From NCBI GenBank assembly GCA_934477125.1, contig CAKSOL010000004.1, positions 106,664 to 170,663 of the forward strand: 64,000 nucleotides of DNA, written 5' to 3'. Below the pieces are notes generated by a model. That model did not search any database. It was given only the letters and a program-made list of their open reading frames with translations, and was not told where the DNA came from. Each line of letters opens with the position of its first letter. The first letter of the stretch is position 1. The position numbers were made by a program, and so were the translations under genes. Positions 38,358 through 47,266 of this stretch are shown piece by piece. Source of the stretch: an uncultured Eubacteriales bacterium (GTDB lineage Bacteria > Bacillota > Clostridia > Oscillospirales > Acutalibacteraceae).

Positions 38358-39286
38358 AAGAACGGCTTACTGTTTCTTCGTCGCCGCATATACGGTATAT
38401 CGACACGACACGCGGAATTATGGCGGACGTTATTATCGCCCTCTGCCCTGCCGCGGTTTACGGCTGTATCCTTTTCGGCTGGCGGGCGCTGTTGCTGCTT
38501 GTCTGCACGGTTGCCTCGGCGGTCGGCGCGGAATACATATGGTGCAAAATTTTCAGAAAAGAGGTTACCGTCGGTGACCTTTCCGCCGCCGTTACGGGAC
38601 TTCTGCTCGGAATGAACCTGCCGCCGACTCTGCCGGTCTGGATGGGAATTATCGGCAGCGTTGCCGCAGTTATCGTTGTTAAGCAGATGTTCGGCGGGTT
38701 AGGGCAGAACTTCGCAAATCCGGCTATCGCCGCGAGAATTGTTCTGCTGGTTTCCTTTCCGTCCGCTATGACCCGGTTTGCCGAGCCTGTTTTCAAGGCG
38801 AGCCGCGATATCGTTACCTCGGCTACTCCCCTTGCGGCGGAAAATCCGCCTGCGCTGCGGCAGCTGTTTTTCGGAATGCACTCCGGCTGCATAGGCGAGA
38901 CCTGCTCATTTCTGCTTATAATCGGCGGACTTTATCTGATTATCCGCCGTGTTATTTCCCCGATAATTCCGGTCTGCTTTATCGGAACGGTTGCGCTGCT
39001 TGCCCTTATCTTCGGCGAGAGTGTTACGCTCCAGGTGTTTTCCGGGGGACTTATTCTCGGCGCGGTCTTTATGGCGACCGACTATACGACCAGTCCCGGA
39101 ACGCGGCTCGGAAAGCTGATTTTCGGAATAGGCTGCGGAATTATAACCTTTGTTATCAGAAAATGGGCTAATCTTCCGGAGGGAGTTTCCTATTCGATAC
39201 TGCTGATGAACGTTCTCGTTCCTCATATTGACCGGCTTACCGCGGTAAAGCCGCTCGGAGTTAAGGAGGCGGCGAAAAATGAATAA
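38354..39286 (+). CDS. rnfD: Rnf complex subunit D
   Basis: Polytopic NqrB/RnfD-like protein. The ATG overlaps the rnfC TGA. Confidence 0.9.
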   Translation: MKERLTVSSSPHIRYIDTTRGIMADVIIALCPAAVYGCILFGWRALLLLVCTVASAVGAEYIWCKIFRKEVTVGDLSAAVTGLLLGMNLPPTLPVWMGIIGSVAAVIVVKQMFGGLGQNFANPAIAARIVLLVSFPSAMTRFAEPVFKASRDIVTSATPLAAENPPALRQLFFGMHSGCIGETCSFLLIIGGLYLIIRRVISPIIPVCFIGTVALLALIFGESVTLQVFSGGLILGAVFMATDYTTSPGTRLGKLIFGIGCGIITFVIRKWANLPEGVSYSILLMNVLVPHIDRLTAVKPLGVKEAAKNE

Positions 39287-39971
39287 ACCGTCATTCTGCG
39301 AAAAGCCGCTCTGGAGGGATATTTTCCGCCCGGTTCTGGTTCTTTTCGTTATAAGCGCGGTTGTTGCCGCCGCTCTTGCCGGCGCGAACGCCGTTACAAA
39401 AAATAAAATCGCCGCGCTTTCCGAAAAGCAGGCGCAGGAGAGTATGCAGACGCTTTTCCCCGGAGCGCAGTTCAAGCAGGAGCGCTATCCGGCTGACGCT
39501 ACAAGCTCGGTTTTGCCCTTTCTTTACTACCGCGCCGAAAAGGACGGACAGCACGAGGGGTATATTTTCACAACGAGCGCCAAGGGCTACGGCGGCGATG
39601 TTTCGGTTATGACCGCCGTTACCGCCGACGGCAAAATCAAGGCGGTTAAAATTCTCGATGTTTCAAACGAAACGCCGGGACTCGGACAGAACGCGGCGAA
39701 AGAGGATTTTTACGGTCAGTTGACGGGTCTTTCCGCCGAAACCGAAATATCGCTCAACAAAACCTCGCCGGACGCCGGCAAAAATGAAATCGCCCCGGTT
39801 ACGGGAGCGACGATAACCTCAAAGGCCGCAAAGGACGCGGTGAACGAGGCGCTCAGGCGGTATTCGCAGATTATCGGCGAAAATGCCGGCGCTTGGGAAG
39901 CGGACGGTCAGCCTGAGGCTCAAAATCAGCCCGAAACGGCGGAAACGGAGGGCGGAGAAAATGAAAAATAA
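39279..39971 (+). CDS. rnfG: Rnf complex subunit G (FMN-binding)
   Basis: N-terminal TM then an FMN-binding domain with the covalent-FMN Thr motif region (SGATITS). Confidence 0.85.
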   Translation: MNKPSFCEKPLWRDIFRPVLVLFVISAVVAAALAGANAVTKNKIAALSEKQAQESMQTLFPGAQFKQERYPADATSSVLPFLYYRAEKDGQHEGYIFTTSAKGYGGDVSVMTAVTADGKIKAVKILDVSNETPGLGQNAAKEDFYGQLTGLSAETEISLNKTSPDAGKNEIAPVTGATITSKAAKDAVNEALRRYSQIIGENAGAWEADGQPEAQNQPETAETEGGENEK

Positions 39972-40683
39972 AAATCTCAGCGTTTTAACCAACGGTATTT
40001 TAAAGGAAAACCCGGTTTTAAGGCTGGTTCTCGGAACCTGCCCGACCCTCGCGATAACGACCGCCGCGATTAACGGCATCGGAATGGGACTTGCCGCAAC
40101 GCTGGTTCTCGTCTGCTCGAACGCCGCTATTTCGCTGCTGAGAAACGTTATTCCCGATAAGGTGCGTATTCCGGCGTTTATAACGGTTATCGCCGGCTTT
40201 GTAAGCGTTGTTCAGATGCTTGTTAAGGCGTTTCTGCCTGCTATCGACAAGGCGCTCGGCATCTATCTGCCGCTTATAGTCGTAAACTGCATAATTCTCG
40301 CCCGCGCGGAGATGTTCGCCTCGAAAAACCCGGTTATTCCGAGTATGCTCGACGGGCTGGGAATGGGACTCGGTTTTACGGCGACCCTTACAGCCATGGG
40401 CATTATCCGCGAGCTGCTCGGAGCAGGAACGGTTTTCAGCCTGCAAATTCTGCCGAAAGCGGTATCGCCGATGATAATTTTCCTGCTGCCGCCGGGCGGA
40501 TTCTTCGTTTTCGGAATGCTGGTTGCAGCCTCTAACGCCATCGCGAAAAAGCAGGGCAAAAAAACGGCGGACAGTCTCGGCTGCGAGAGCTGCCCGTTAA
40601 GCGAGCAATGCGCCAATGCGGAGAAATGCGGCGCGGCGGAATGCAATGCCGGAGAAAACGGGGAGGTGCGGACTGATGAATAG
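39961..40683 (+). CDS. rnfE: Rnf complex subunit E, with unusual Cys-rich C-terminal tail
   Basis: RnfE/NqrD core (LGTCPTLAIT, LGIYLPLIVVNCIIL) followed by a ~45-aa tail carrying CESCPLSEQCANAEKCGAAEC. Confidence 0.9.
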   Translation: MKNKNLSVLTNGILKENPVLRLVLGTCPTLAITTAAINGIGMGLAATLVLVCSNAAISLLRNVIPDKVRIPAFITVIAGFVSVVQMLVKAFLPAIDKALGIYLPLIVVNCIILARAEMFASKNPVIPSMLDGLGMGLGFTATLTAMGIIRELLGAGTVFSLQILPKAVSPMIIFLLPPGGFFVFGMLVAASNAIAKKQGKKTADSLGCESCPLSEQCANAEKCGAAECNAGENGEVRTDE

Positions 40684-41260
40684 TACTACCGCGATCGTTT
40701 CGATACTTTTAGCCGGAATTTTAACCAACAATATGGTGCTTTCAAAATTCCTCGGAATCTGCCCGTTTTTAGGCGTTTCCAAAAAGGTAAACACCGCGCT
40801 TTCGATGAGCATTGCCGTAACGCTGGTTATGGTTATCGCAACCGCCGCGACCTGGCCTATCTACACCTATCTTTTGGCAGGCAGGTTTGAATATCTCGAA
40901 ACGGTTGTTTTCATTCTGGTTATCGCCGCCATCGTTCAGCTTATCGAAACGGTTCTGAAAAAGTTCCTGCCCCCGATATACCGCGCTCTCGGAATTTATC
41001 TTCCGCTTATAACGACCAACTGCGCGGTTCTCGGAATAACGATGCTCAATATAACAAATCAGCTCGGCTTTGTTGCCTCGCTGTTCAACGCGCTTGCGGC
41101 TGGGCTTGGCTTTATGCTCGCGATGCTGCTGTTTTCGGGGGTCAGAACAAAGCTTGAAACCGCCGACATACCGGAATTTTTAAAGGGACTGCCGATAACG
41201 CTGCTTGCGGCGGCGCTGGTTTCCCTTTCCTTCCTCGGCTTTGCCGGAATAGGAGGTTAA
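40676..41260 (+). CDS. rnfA: Rnf complex subunit A
   Basis: RnfA/NqrE core (LGICPFLGVS, LGIYLPLITTNCAVLG). Overlaps the rnfE stop. Confidence 0.9.
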   Translation: MNSTTAIVSILLAGILTNNMVLSKFLGICPFLGVSKKVNTALSMSIAVTLVMVIATAATWPIYTYLLAGRFEYLETVVFILVIAAIVQLIETVLKKFLPPIYRALGIYLPLITTNCAVLGITMLNITNQLGFVASLFNALAAGLGFMLAMLLFSGVRTKLETADIPEFLKGLPITLLAAALVSLSFLGFAGIGG

Positions 41261-41263
41261 GCG

Positions 41264-42043
41264 ATGGATATACTTATTCCCGTTTTAATAGTCGGCGCGA
41301 TAGGGCTTATCGCCGGAGTTGGGCTGGCTCTCGCCTCCAAATTTATGGCGGTTCCGGTTGACGAAACGCAGGAAAAGCTGCGCGAAGTCCTGCCGGGAGC
41401 CAACTGCGGAGCCTGCGGCTTTTCCGGCTGCGACGGCTACGCCGAGGCACTTGCCCTCGGAAAGGCAGAGCCTAACAGGTGCGCTCCCGGAGGAGCGGAC
41501 GCCGCCGCCGCGCTCGCGGAAATTCTCGGCGTTGAGGTTGAAGAAAGCGAGCCGCTTACGGCGTTTATCGCCTGTAAGGGAACGCCTGAAAATACTGTTT
41601 CCGGCTATGATTACAGCGGCTTAAGGAGCTGCACGGCGGCAAATCTGCTGCACGGCGGACCTCTCTCCTGCGCCTACGGCTGCATAGGCTTCGGCGACTG
41701 CGCCGCCGCCTGTTCCTTCGGAGCGCTGACCCTCGACGGCGGCAGACCGGAGGTATGCCCGGAAAAGTGCGTCGCCTGCGGAAAATGCGTTAAAGCCTGT
41801 CCCAAGGGTTTAATCTCGCTTGTTCCTAAGAATGCCAAGGTGCATATCGGCTGTTCAAACCGCAGCCGCGGTCCGGCGGTTGCAAAGGATTGCAGGGTTT
41901 CCTGCATCGCCTGTATGCAATGCGAGAAAAACTGCCCGACCGGCGCGGTAACGGTTAAAAACAATGTCGCGGTTATAGATTATTCCCTCTGCTCGGGGTG
42001 CGAAAAATGCCGCGAGGTCTGCAAGCGCGGGGTGATTTCATAA
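41264..42043 (+). CDS. rnfB: Rnf complex subunit B (polyferredoxin)
   Basis: N-terminal TM, CGACGFSGCDGYAEA cluster and several CxxCxxCxxxCP motifs. Confidence 0.9.
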   Translation: MDILIPVLIVGAIGLIAGVGLALASKFMAVPVDETQEKLREVLPGANCGACGFSGCDGYAEALALGKAEPNRCAPGGADAAAALAEILGVEVEESEPLTAFIACKGTPENTVSGYDYSGLRSCTAANLLHGGPLSCAYGCIGFGDCAAACSFGALTLDGGRPEVCPEKCVACGKCVKACPKGLISLVPKNAKVHIGCSNRSRGPAVAKDCRVSCIACMQCEKNCPTGAVTVKNNVAVIDYSLCSGCEKCREVCKRGVIS

Positions 42044-42525
42044 TGAGCGAAAAAGTGATGCGCGCCGAGCTGGAATACAGCGGTCAGAACATCGAAAGCG
42101 TTATCGCCGAGCAGGGCGAGGTTATGACAAGCACGTCGGGGACGAGTATGTATCCCATGCTCCGCCACCGCCGGGATATGATAAGGGTTGTAAAGCTGAC
42201 GCGGCCGCTCAGAAGAAACGATGTTCCGCTTTACCGCACAAAAAGCGGCAAGCTCGTGCTTCACCGGCTGCTGCGCGTAAAGCCGGACGGCAGCTATGTT
42301 ATCCGGGGCGACAATCTTTACCGCAAGGAGCTTAACGTTACCGACGATATGATAATCGGCGTTTTAAGCGGATTTTGGCGCGACGGTAAGTTTTACGACT
42401 GCGAAAAAAGCCGCGCCTATCATTTTTATATAATCGCTATGCGCGCGGCGTACCCTTTCAGGTATCTCTGGAAAATGATAATCCGCCCTCTGCTGAGCAA
42501 AATTAAGCATACAATTTTCAAATAA
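42043..42525 (+). CDS. S24/S26-family signal peptidase-like protein
   Basis: GTSMYPML Ser motif and a VLHRLLRV...RGDN box. The start was trimmed to the Met overlapping the rnfB stop. Confidence 0.6.
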   Translation: MSEKVMRAELEYSGQNIESVIAEQGEVMTSTSGTSMYPMLRHRRDMIRVVKLTRPLRRNDVPLYRTKSGKLVLHRLLRVKPDGSYVIRGDNLYRKELNVTDDMIIGVLSGFWRDGKFYDCEKSRAYHFYIIAMRAAYPFRYLWKMIIRPLLSKIKHTIFK

Positions 42526-42615
42526 AGAATTATATTTCTACCGAGTTCGGGCGGCGCAGGGTGCCGCCCGAATTTAATCGTCAGATGTCAGATATGCGAA
42601 GCGAAAGGTCTTGCA

Positions 42616-42650
42616 GGTCTAATGTCTAACATCTAATATCTAAAATCTAA
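42616..42650 (+). repeat. NNTCTAA heptamer tandem array (5 units) in DUF4317 promoter/leader
   Basis: GGTCTAA-TGTCTAA-CATCTAA-TATCTAA-AATCTAA. Preceded by degenerate TCAGA units (CGTCAGA-TGTCAGA). Ends 14 nt before the DUF4317 ATG. Confidence 0.85.
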
Positions 42651-42664
42651 CTTGGAGCCTTTTT

Positions 42665-43792
42665 ATGAATGAAAAAGAAATCGCGGAAATACGCCGCCGT
42701 TTTAACCCTCAGAAAACCAACATAACCAAAATCCGCGGCTGTCTCGTCAACGAAAAAAGCGAGATAGTCAGCGAGTTTTCCCAGCCGGTCGCAACCCTTA
42801 TGCAGGACGAGGCGGAGTCGCTTTTCGCCGTTCTCAAAAAGGTGCTTTCGGGAGGGATTGACAAAAATCTTATCGATATCGCCTTTTCAAACGAGCAGGT
42901 TCTCGGAGCAGAGGAGCATAAACGTCTGCTGGCTCTGCGCGACACCGCTCTTTCGGACGACAGCGCGGTCAGGTCGCTTTTTGCCGACATTATCTCCGCC
43001 GTTCATATAGACGGAAACTATCTTATTCTTCTCGCCTGCGACAGCTATGATGTTTTCACCTATTCAAAGGACGGCGAAAAGGGCGAGGATTCGGGCGAGA
43101 TGTTCCGGTATTTTGTCTGCGGAGTATGTCCGCTCAAGCTGACGCGGCCGCAGCTGAGCTTTGCCGCTTTCGACAACGCTTTTCACGGCATAGCCGCAAA
43201 TTCGGTTGTTTCCGCGCCCGAAATCGGGTTTATGTTCCCGACCTTTGACGACCGGATGGGGAATATCTACAATGCGCTGTTTTACGCAAAAAATGCCTCG
43301 GTTGACTATTCCGGGGTCGTTGAGTCGCTCTTTAAGGCGGAAATTCCGATGCCTGCCGCTCAGCAAAAGGAAACCTTCGGCTATATTCTGCGCGAAACGA
43401 TAAACGACGAATGTAACCTTGAGGTTATGCAGGCCATTCACGAGCAGGTAAATGAAATGGTTGAGGAGCACAAGGAGAGCCGTTCCGAAGAGCCGCTTGC
43501 CGTTTCAAAGGAGGATATTTCGGAAATTCTGCGCTCCTGCGAGGTTGCGGACGAGCGGATAGAGTCGTTTGAAAAGACCTATGACGAGACGTTCGGCGGA
43601 AAAACGCGGCTCAATCCTAAAAATCTTGTTGACACAAAGCAGTTCGAGGTTCATACCTCCGATGTTACGGTTAAGGTTAAGCCGGAGCGCTGCGAGCTGC
43701 TCCAGACGCGGATTATCGACGGGGTTAAGTATATTTTAATCCGGGCGGACGAGGCGGTTGAGGTCAACGGCGTTTCGATAAATCTCGAATAG
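42665..43792 (+). CDS. DUF4317 domain protein
   Basis: MNEKEIAEIRRRFNP N-terminus typical of DUF4317. Preceded by a heptamer array and a GGAG RBS. Confidence 0.65.
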   Translation: MNEKEIAEIRRRFNPQKTNITKIRGCLVNEKSEIVSEFSQPVATLMQDEAESLFAVLKKVLSGGIDKNLIDIAFSNEQVLGAEEHKRLLALRDTALSDDSAVRSLFADIISAVHIDGNYLILLACDSYDVFTYSKDGEKGEDSGEMFRYFVCGVCPLKLTRPQLSFAAFDNAFHGIAANSVVSAPEIGFMFPTFDDRMGNIYNALFYAKNASVDYSGVVESLFKAEIPMPAAQQKETFGYILRETINDECNLEVMQAIHEQVNEMVEEHKESRSEEPLAVSKEDISEILRSCEVADERIESFEKTYDETFGGKTRLNPKNLVDTKQFEVHTSDVTVKVKPERCELLQTRIIDGVKYILIRADEAVEVNGVSINLE

Positions 43793-43822
43793 CCGCCGAA
43801 AGACCGCGGCGGCGAATTTTTG
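43792..43822 (+). terminator. terminator after DUF4317 gene
   Basis: GCCGCCGAAAGACCGCGGCGGC hairpin then GAATTTTTG. Confidence 0.6.
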
Positions 43823-43932
43823 CAGTCCCCGGAGCATAGAATTTAGCGTAGGGCAGAGGGGTCTGACCCGTCTGCGCCCGATATTGCGGCTTTCCGCCGC
43901 GGCAAAAGCCGGTTTCGGGGTGGTAAAAAATT

Positions 43933-44940
43933 ATGAAAAAAGCGGTTTCGGTAATATTTGCAGCGGCGTTTATTCTTATGATGCTGATTTCTCCCGACCG
44001 CTGCCGTTCCGGCGCGCTTTCGGGGCTGGAGCTTTGCGGCAGGGTTGTTATACCCTCGCTTTTCCCGTTCGCGGTCTGCGCGCTTATGCTTATGAGAGCA
44101 GGCGCGGCAAACGGCTTTAAAAAAATATTCGGCGCATACGGCGAATGTGCGGCGGTTATTCTGCTTTCCTCGCTCGGAGGGTATCCTGTCGGAGCGGGGC
44201 TTGTAAGAGAGCTTTATTCCTCCGGCGCGCTCGACCGCAAAAGCGCGCGGCTGCTGCTCTGCTGTTCGGTCAATGCGGGACCCGCTTTTTTGGTTATCGC
44301 GGTAGGCAGCGGCGTTTTCGGCTCGCGGACTGCCGGTTATGTTCTGCTTTTTTCGCATATTGCGGCTAATCTTGTTATCGCGGCGGCGATACTGCCGTTT
44401 ATAAAGCCGTCAGGGGCTGCCGCCAGGGAGAAGTCTGCCGGTGATTTATTCGTAGGCGCGGCGGCGGACGCGGCAGGCTCGATGCTCTCGGTCTGCGCTT
44501 TTGTTATATTTTTTTCCGCTTTCACAGCCTATCTTTCGGCGGCGGCTGTCCGCTTTCCGTTTTTAAGGGCGGTTTCCGACCTTTGCGAGGTCACCGCCGG
44601 AACGGCGCGCTGCGGAAATTTTTATATTGCCGCGTTTTTGCTCGGATTTGCCGGATTTTCGGTCTGGTTTCAGGTTATGGCGGCGTCGGGCGAGGTAGGT
44701 CTGTCACCGCTGTTCGCTCCGGCAAGGCTGGCTCAGGGGGTTTTAAGCGCGCTGCTTGCGTTTCTGCTCTGCAAAATTTTAAGGCTCCGCCTGCCGACGG
44801 TCGGCAACGGGATCTCTTTCGGAGTTGGTTCAACGGTCTCCGGCGCGGCGGCGGCGGTGTCGCTGGCGGTTATGCTGCTGCTGCTGATTTTAAGGCTTTC
44901 CTCCGACAAGCCGTTCAGGCTCAAAGGGGAAATTTTATAA
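43933..44940 (+). CDS. polytopic membrane protein (nucleoside-recognition/YlbJ-like sporulation integral membrane protein candidate)
   Basis: About 10 TM segments, Gly/Ala-rich. The YlbJ assignment rests on weak composition-level similarity only. Confidence 0.4.
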   Translation: MKKAVSVIFAAAFILMMLISPDRCRSGALSGLELCGRVVIPSLFPFAVCALMLMRAGAANGFKKIFGAYGECAAVILLSSLGGYPVGAGLVRELYSSGALDRKSARLLLCCSVNAGPAFLVIAVGSGVFGSRTAGYVLLFSHIAANLVIAAAILPFIKPSGAAAREKSAGDLFVGAAADAAGSMLSVCAFVIFFSAFTAYLSAAAVRFPFLRAVSDLCEVTAGTARCGNFYIAAFLLGFAGFSVWFQVMAASGEVGLSPLFAPARLAQGVLSALLAFLLCKILRLRLPTVGNGISFGVGSTVSGAAAAVSLAVMLLLLILRLSSDKPFRLKGEIL

Positions 44941-44961
44941 CGTTTTTTTTGCGGTTTAAAA

Positions 44962-44983
44962 GGGACTGTCTTATGACAGCCCC
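44962..44983. terminator. hairpin between convergent YlbJ-like gene and RHH gene
   Basis: GGGACTGTC-TTAT-GACAGCCCC stem (one mismatch) with an A-run before and T/A after. Possible bidirectional terminator. Confidence 0.4.
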
Positions 44984-44993
44984 TTAAATTATA

Positions 44994-45188
44994 TCATTCT
45001 TCGATTTTCACAATATCAATCGCGGCATTTAAAAGCAAATTTACAAGCTCATTCCGCGAGCGGTTTGTTTTAGCCGATAAATCGTCCAAGCGTTTTATCA
45101 GCTCATCCTTCATTCTAACAGAAATAATTTTGCAGCCGTCATCGCCCCTGCGGACGTTCTTTTTTGTTATTTTTATTACATCTGCCAT
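44994..45188 (-). CDS. ribbon-helix-helix (CopG-family) DNA-binding protein
   Basis: 64 aa with an RHH beta-strand-helix pattern (KIISVRMKDELIKRLDDLSAKTNRSRNELVNLLL). Lies in an AT-rich islet. Confidence 0.7.
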   Translation of the reverse strand: MADVIKITKKNVRRGDDGCKIISVRMKDELIKRLDDLSAKTNRSRNELVNLLLNAAIDIVKIEE

Positions 45189-45218
45189 AATATCACCTCA
45201 TTATATTTATATTTTATC

Positions 45219-45248
45219 TTGACAAACGCGGTGATGATATATTATAAT
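45219..45248 (+). promoter_or_regulatory. consensus sigma-A promoter in AT-rich islet (drives small membrane protein gene)
   Basis: TTGACA, 18-nt spacer, TATAAT, followed by the shared 17-mer ATATTATATAATACAGT. Confidence 0.5.
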
Positions 45249-45316
45249 TATGTAGTATATTATATAATACAGTTGGTAGTTTAAATTTCGGCTATGAAAA
45301 TACAGAGGGGATTATT

Positions 45317-45610
45317 ATGTGGGGTGACTGGATACCGGTCATAATTTTATCTGCTTGTGTAGTTGTTTTAATGGTCGAAACAGTCTCTGTTTTAAAAGTT
45401 TACAGAAATACCGAAAACGATGAAAAGAAACGAAAGGAACATAAAGCAGAAGCTGTCGCCTGCTTGGCTTTTGCAATAATAACTACTGTGTTTATTATTT
45501 TTTATATGATACCGAATGCCGTTTATTACAGTAACCATCCTATGACGGTTTCGGTATTTTTAAAGCCCGGTATACGCTTTTCGGCGTATACCGGGCTGTC
45601 TAATGTCTAA
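45317..45610 (+). CDS. small two-TM membrane protein (hypothetical)
   Basis: 97 aa in the AT-rich islet, driven by a consensus TTGACA-18-TATAAT promoter. Its C-terminus and stop codon are encoded by a hairpin plus the start of a heptamer array. Confidence 0.45.
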   Translation: MWGDWIPVIILSACVVVLMVETVSVLKVYRNTENDEKKRKEHKAEAVACLAFAIITTVFIIFYMIPNAVYYSNHPMTVSVFLKPGIRFSAYTGLSNV

Positions 45611-45639
45611 TGTCTAATATCTAATATCTAACGTCTAAT
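45598..45639 (+). repeat. NNTCTAA heptamer tandem array (6 units)
   Basis: TGTCTAA x3, TATCTAA x2, CGTCTAA. Supplies the TAA stop of the small membrane protein ORF and abuts the comM stop. Confidence 0.85.
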
Positions 45640-47169
45640 TCAGTTCACTCCCCAATATTTTCGGTCGAGGCTGCGGAAGCGTATCGCGGTTAAAATATGG
45701 GTCTTTCCGATTTTTTCTTCTCCTGCAAGGTCTGCCGAGGTTCTCGCAACCTTTAAAATGCGGTCGTATGCGCGCGCGGAAAGTCCGAGCCGGTCAAAGC
45801 TCGCTTTGAGGTATTCCGCGGCATCGTCGGTCATAACGCAGAATTCTCTGAGCATTGCCGGGGTAAGTCTCGCGTTGCAGCTGATACCGCTGCCGGCGTA
45901 GCGTTTCTGCTGAATCTCTCGCGCGCGGCAGACGCGTTCCTTTATTTCAGCCGAGCTTTCCGAGGGACGGGCGTCGGAAAGGGCGTTGTAATCAACCGGC
46001 CCGACCTCAATTTGCAGGTCAATTCTGTCGAGCATAGGTCCCGAAATTCTGCCGAGGTATTTTGAAACCGCGCCCGGAGCGCAGGTGCAGCGGCGTGTCG
46101 GATGACCGAAATAGCCGCAGGGGCAGGGATTCATAGCCGCAACAAGCATAAAATTGCTCGGAAAGGTTGCCGAACCGCTCGCGCGCGAGACCGTTACGCA
46201 GCCGCTTTCAATCGGCTGTCGGAGCGCCTCCATAGCGCCGCGCGAAAATTCGGGCAGCTCATCGAGAAAAAGAACGCCGTTATGGGCAAGGGAAATCTCG
46301 CCGGGGCGCGGAACGGTTCCGCCGCCGGTCAGTCCCGGAGTGCTTATGGTATGGTGAGGAGCGCGGAAGGGGCGGATGCTCGTAAGCGGGTGTTCCCCGT
46401 TCAAAATTCCGGCTATCGAATGAATTTTCGCCGTTTCGACCGACTCCCCGAAGGTCATTTCGGGCAGAATTGTCGGCAGGCGCATGGCGAGCATACTTTT
46501 TCCCGAACCGGGAGGTCCTATCATCAGAATATTATGACCTCCTGCCGCGGCGGTTTCAAGCGCTTTTTTCGCGGCGATATGTCCGCGGACATCGCTGAAA
46601 TCAAGTCTCGCCGCATCGGGTATTACGGGGTCGGACGCAGGAACGGCAGCAGGAATAAGCTCCTCGCCGCGCAGATGCTTTATAAGGGCGGAAACGCTCT
46701 CGACGCCGTATACCTCAATACCCTCGGCGACAGCTCCCTCAGCCGCGTTTTCGGCAGGAACAAAGAGCTTTTTCGCATTTTCCGCGCGGGCGGTAAGCGC
46801 CATTGCGAGAACGCCGCGGACGCCCCTTACCCTGCCGTCGAGCGAGACCTCGCCGAGAAATATACAGTCGGAAATATCCGCCTTGAGCTGACCGGAGGCT
46901 ATAAGAATCGATATAAGAATAGGAAGGTCGTAAACCGACCCCTCCTTTTTTCTGTCCGCCGGGGCGAGGTTTACGGTTATCCGTCCGGTCGGAAATTTAA
47001 AGCCGCTGTTTTTAACGGCGGCGTGAACCCGGTCGCGCGACTCGCGAATCGCGGTATCGGGCAGACCGACGAGGTTAAAAGCCGGCAAGCCTGCCGAAAC
47101 GTCCGCCTCGACCTTTATCATATAGGAATCCAATCCGAACAGTCCGACGCTTTTCAGCCCTGCAAACAT
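45640..47169 (-). CDS. comM: YifB/ComM-family Mg-chelatase-like AAA+ ATPase
   Basis: Lon-like N-domain, AAA+ Walker A (IGPPGSGKSM) and a C-terminal ChlI domain. The start was trimmed to MFAGLKSV. Confidence 0.85.
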   Translation of the reverse strand: MFAGLKSVGLFGLDSYMIKVEADVSAGLPAFNLVGLPDTAIRESRDRVHAAVKNSGFKFPTGRITVNLAPADRKKEGSVYDLPILISILIASGQLKADISDCIFLGEVSLDGRVRGVRGVLAMALTARAENAKKLFVPAENAAEGAVAEGIEVYGVESVSALIKHLRGEELIPAAVPASDPVIPDAARLDFSDVRGHIAAKKALETAAAGGHNILMIGPPGSGKSMLAMRLPTILPEMTFGESVETAKIHSIAGILNGEHPLTSIRPFRAPHHTISTPGLTGGGTVPRPGEISLAHNGVLFLDELPEFSRGAMEALRQPIESGCVTVSRASGSATFPSNFMLVAAMNPCPCGYFGHPTRRCTCAPGAVSKYLGRISGPMLDRIDLQIEVGPVDYNALSDARPSESSAEIKERVCRAREIQQKRYAGSGISCNARLTPAMLREFCVMTDDAAEYLKASFDRLGLSARAYDRILKVARTSADLAGEEKIGKTHILTAIRFRSLDRKYWGVN

Positions 47170-47266
47170 CACGTTACCCCCTGATTCATCTGATCCGTCA
47201 GCCAGATATGACAATATTATACACCCTTTTACAAATAAATACAACGGGGAGTTTAAGCAAAGCCAA

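Noticed and set aside
46102-47184. 360-aa plus-strand ORF
   Set aside because: It is antisense to the comM/yifB AAA+ ATPase gene, which has clear Walker motifs. Arg/Gly-rich composition is typical of GC-rich antisense frames.
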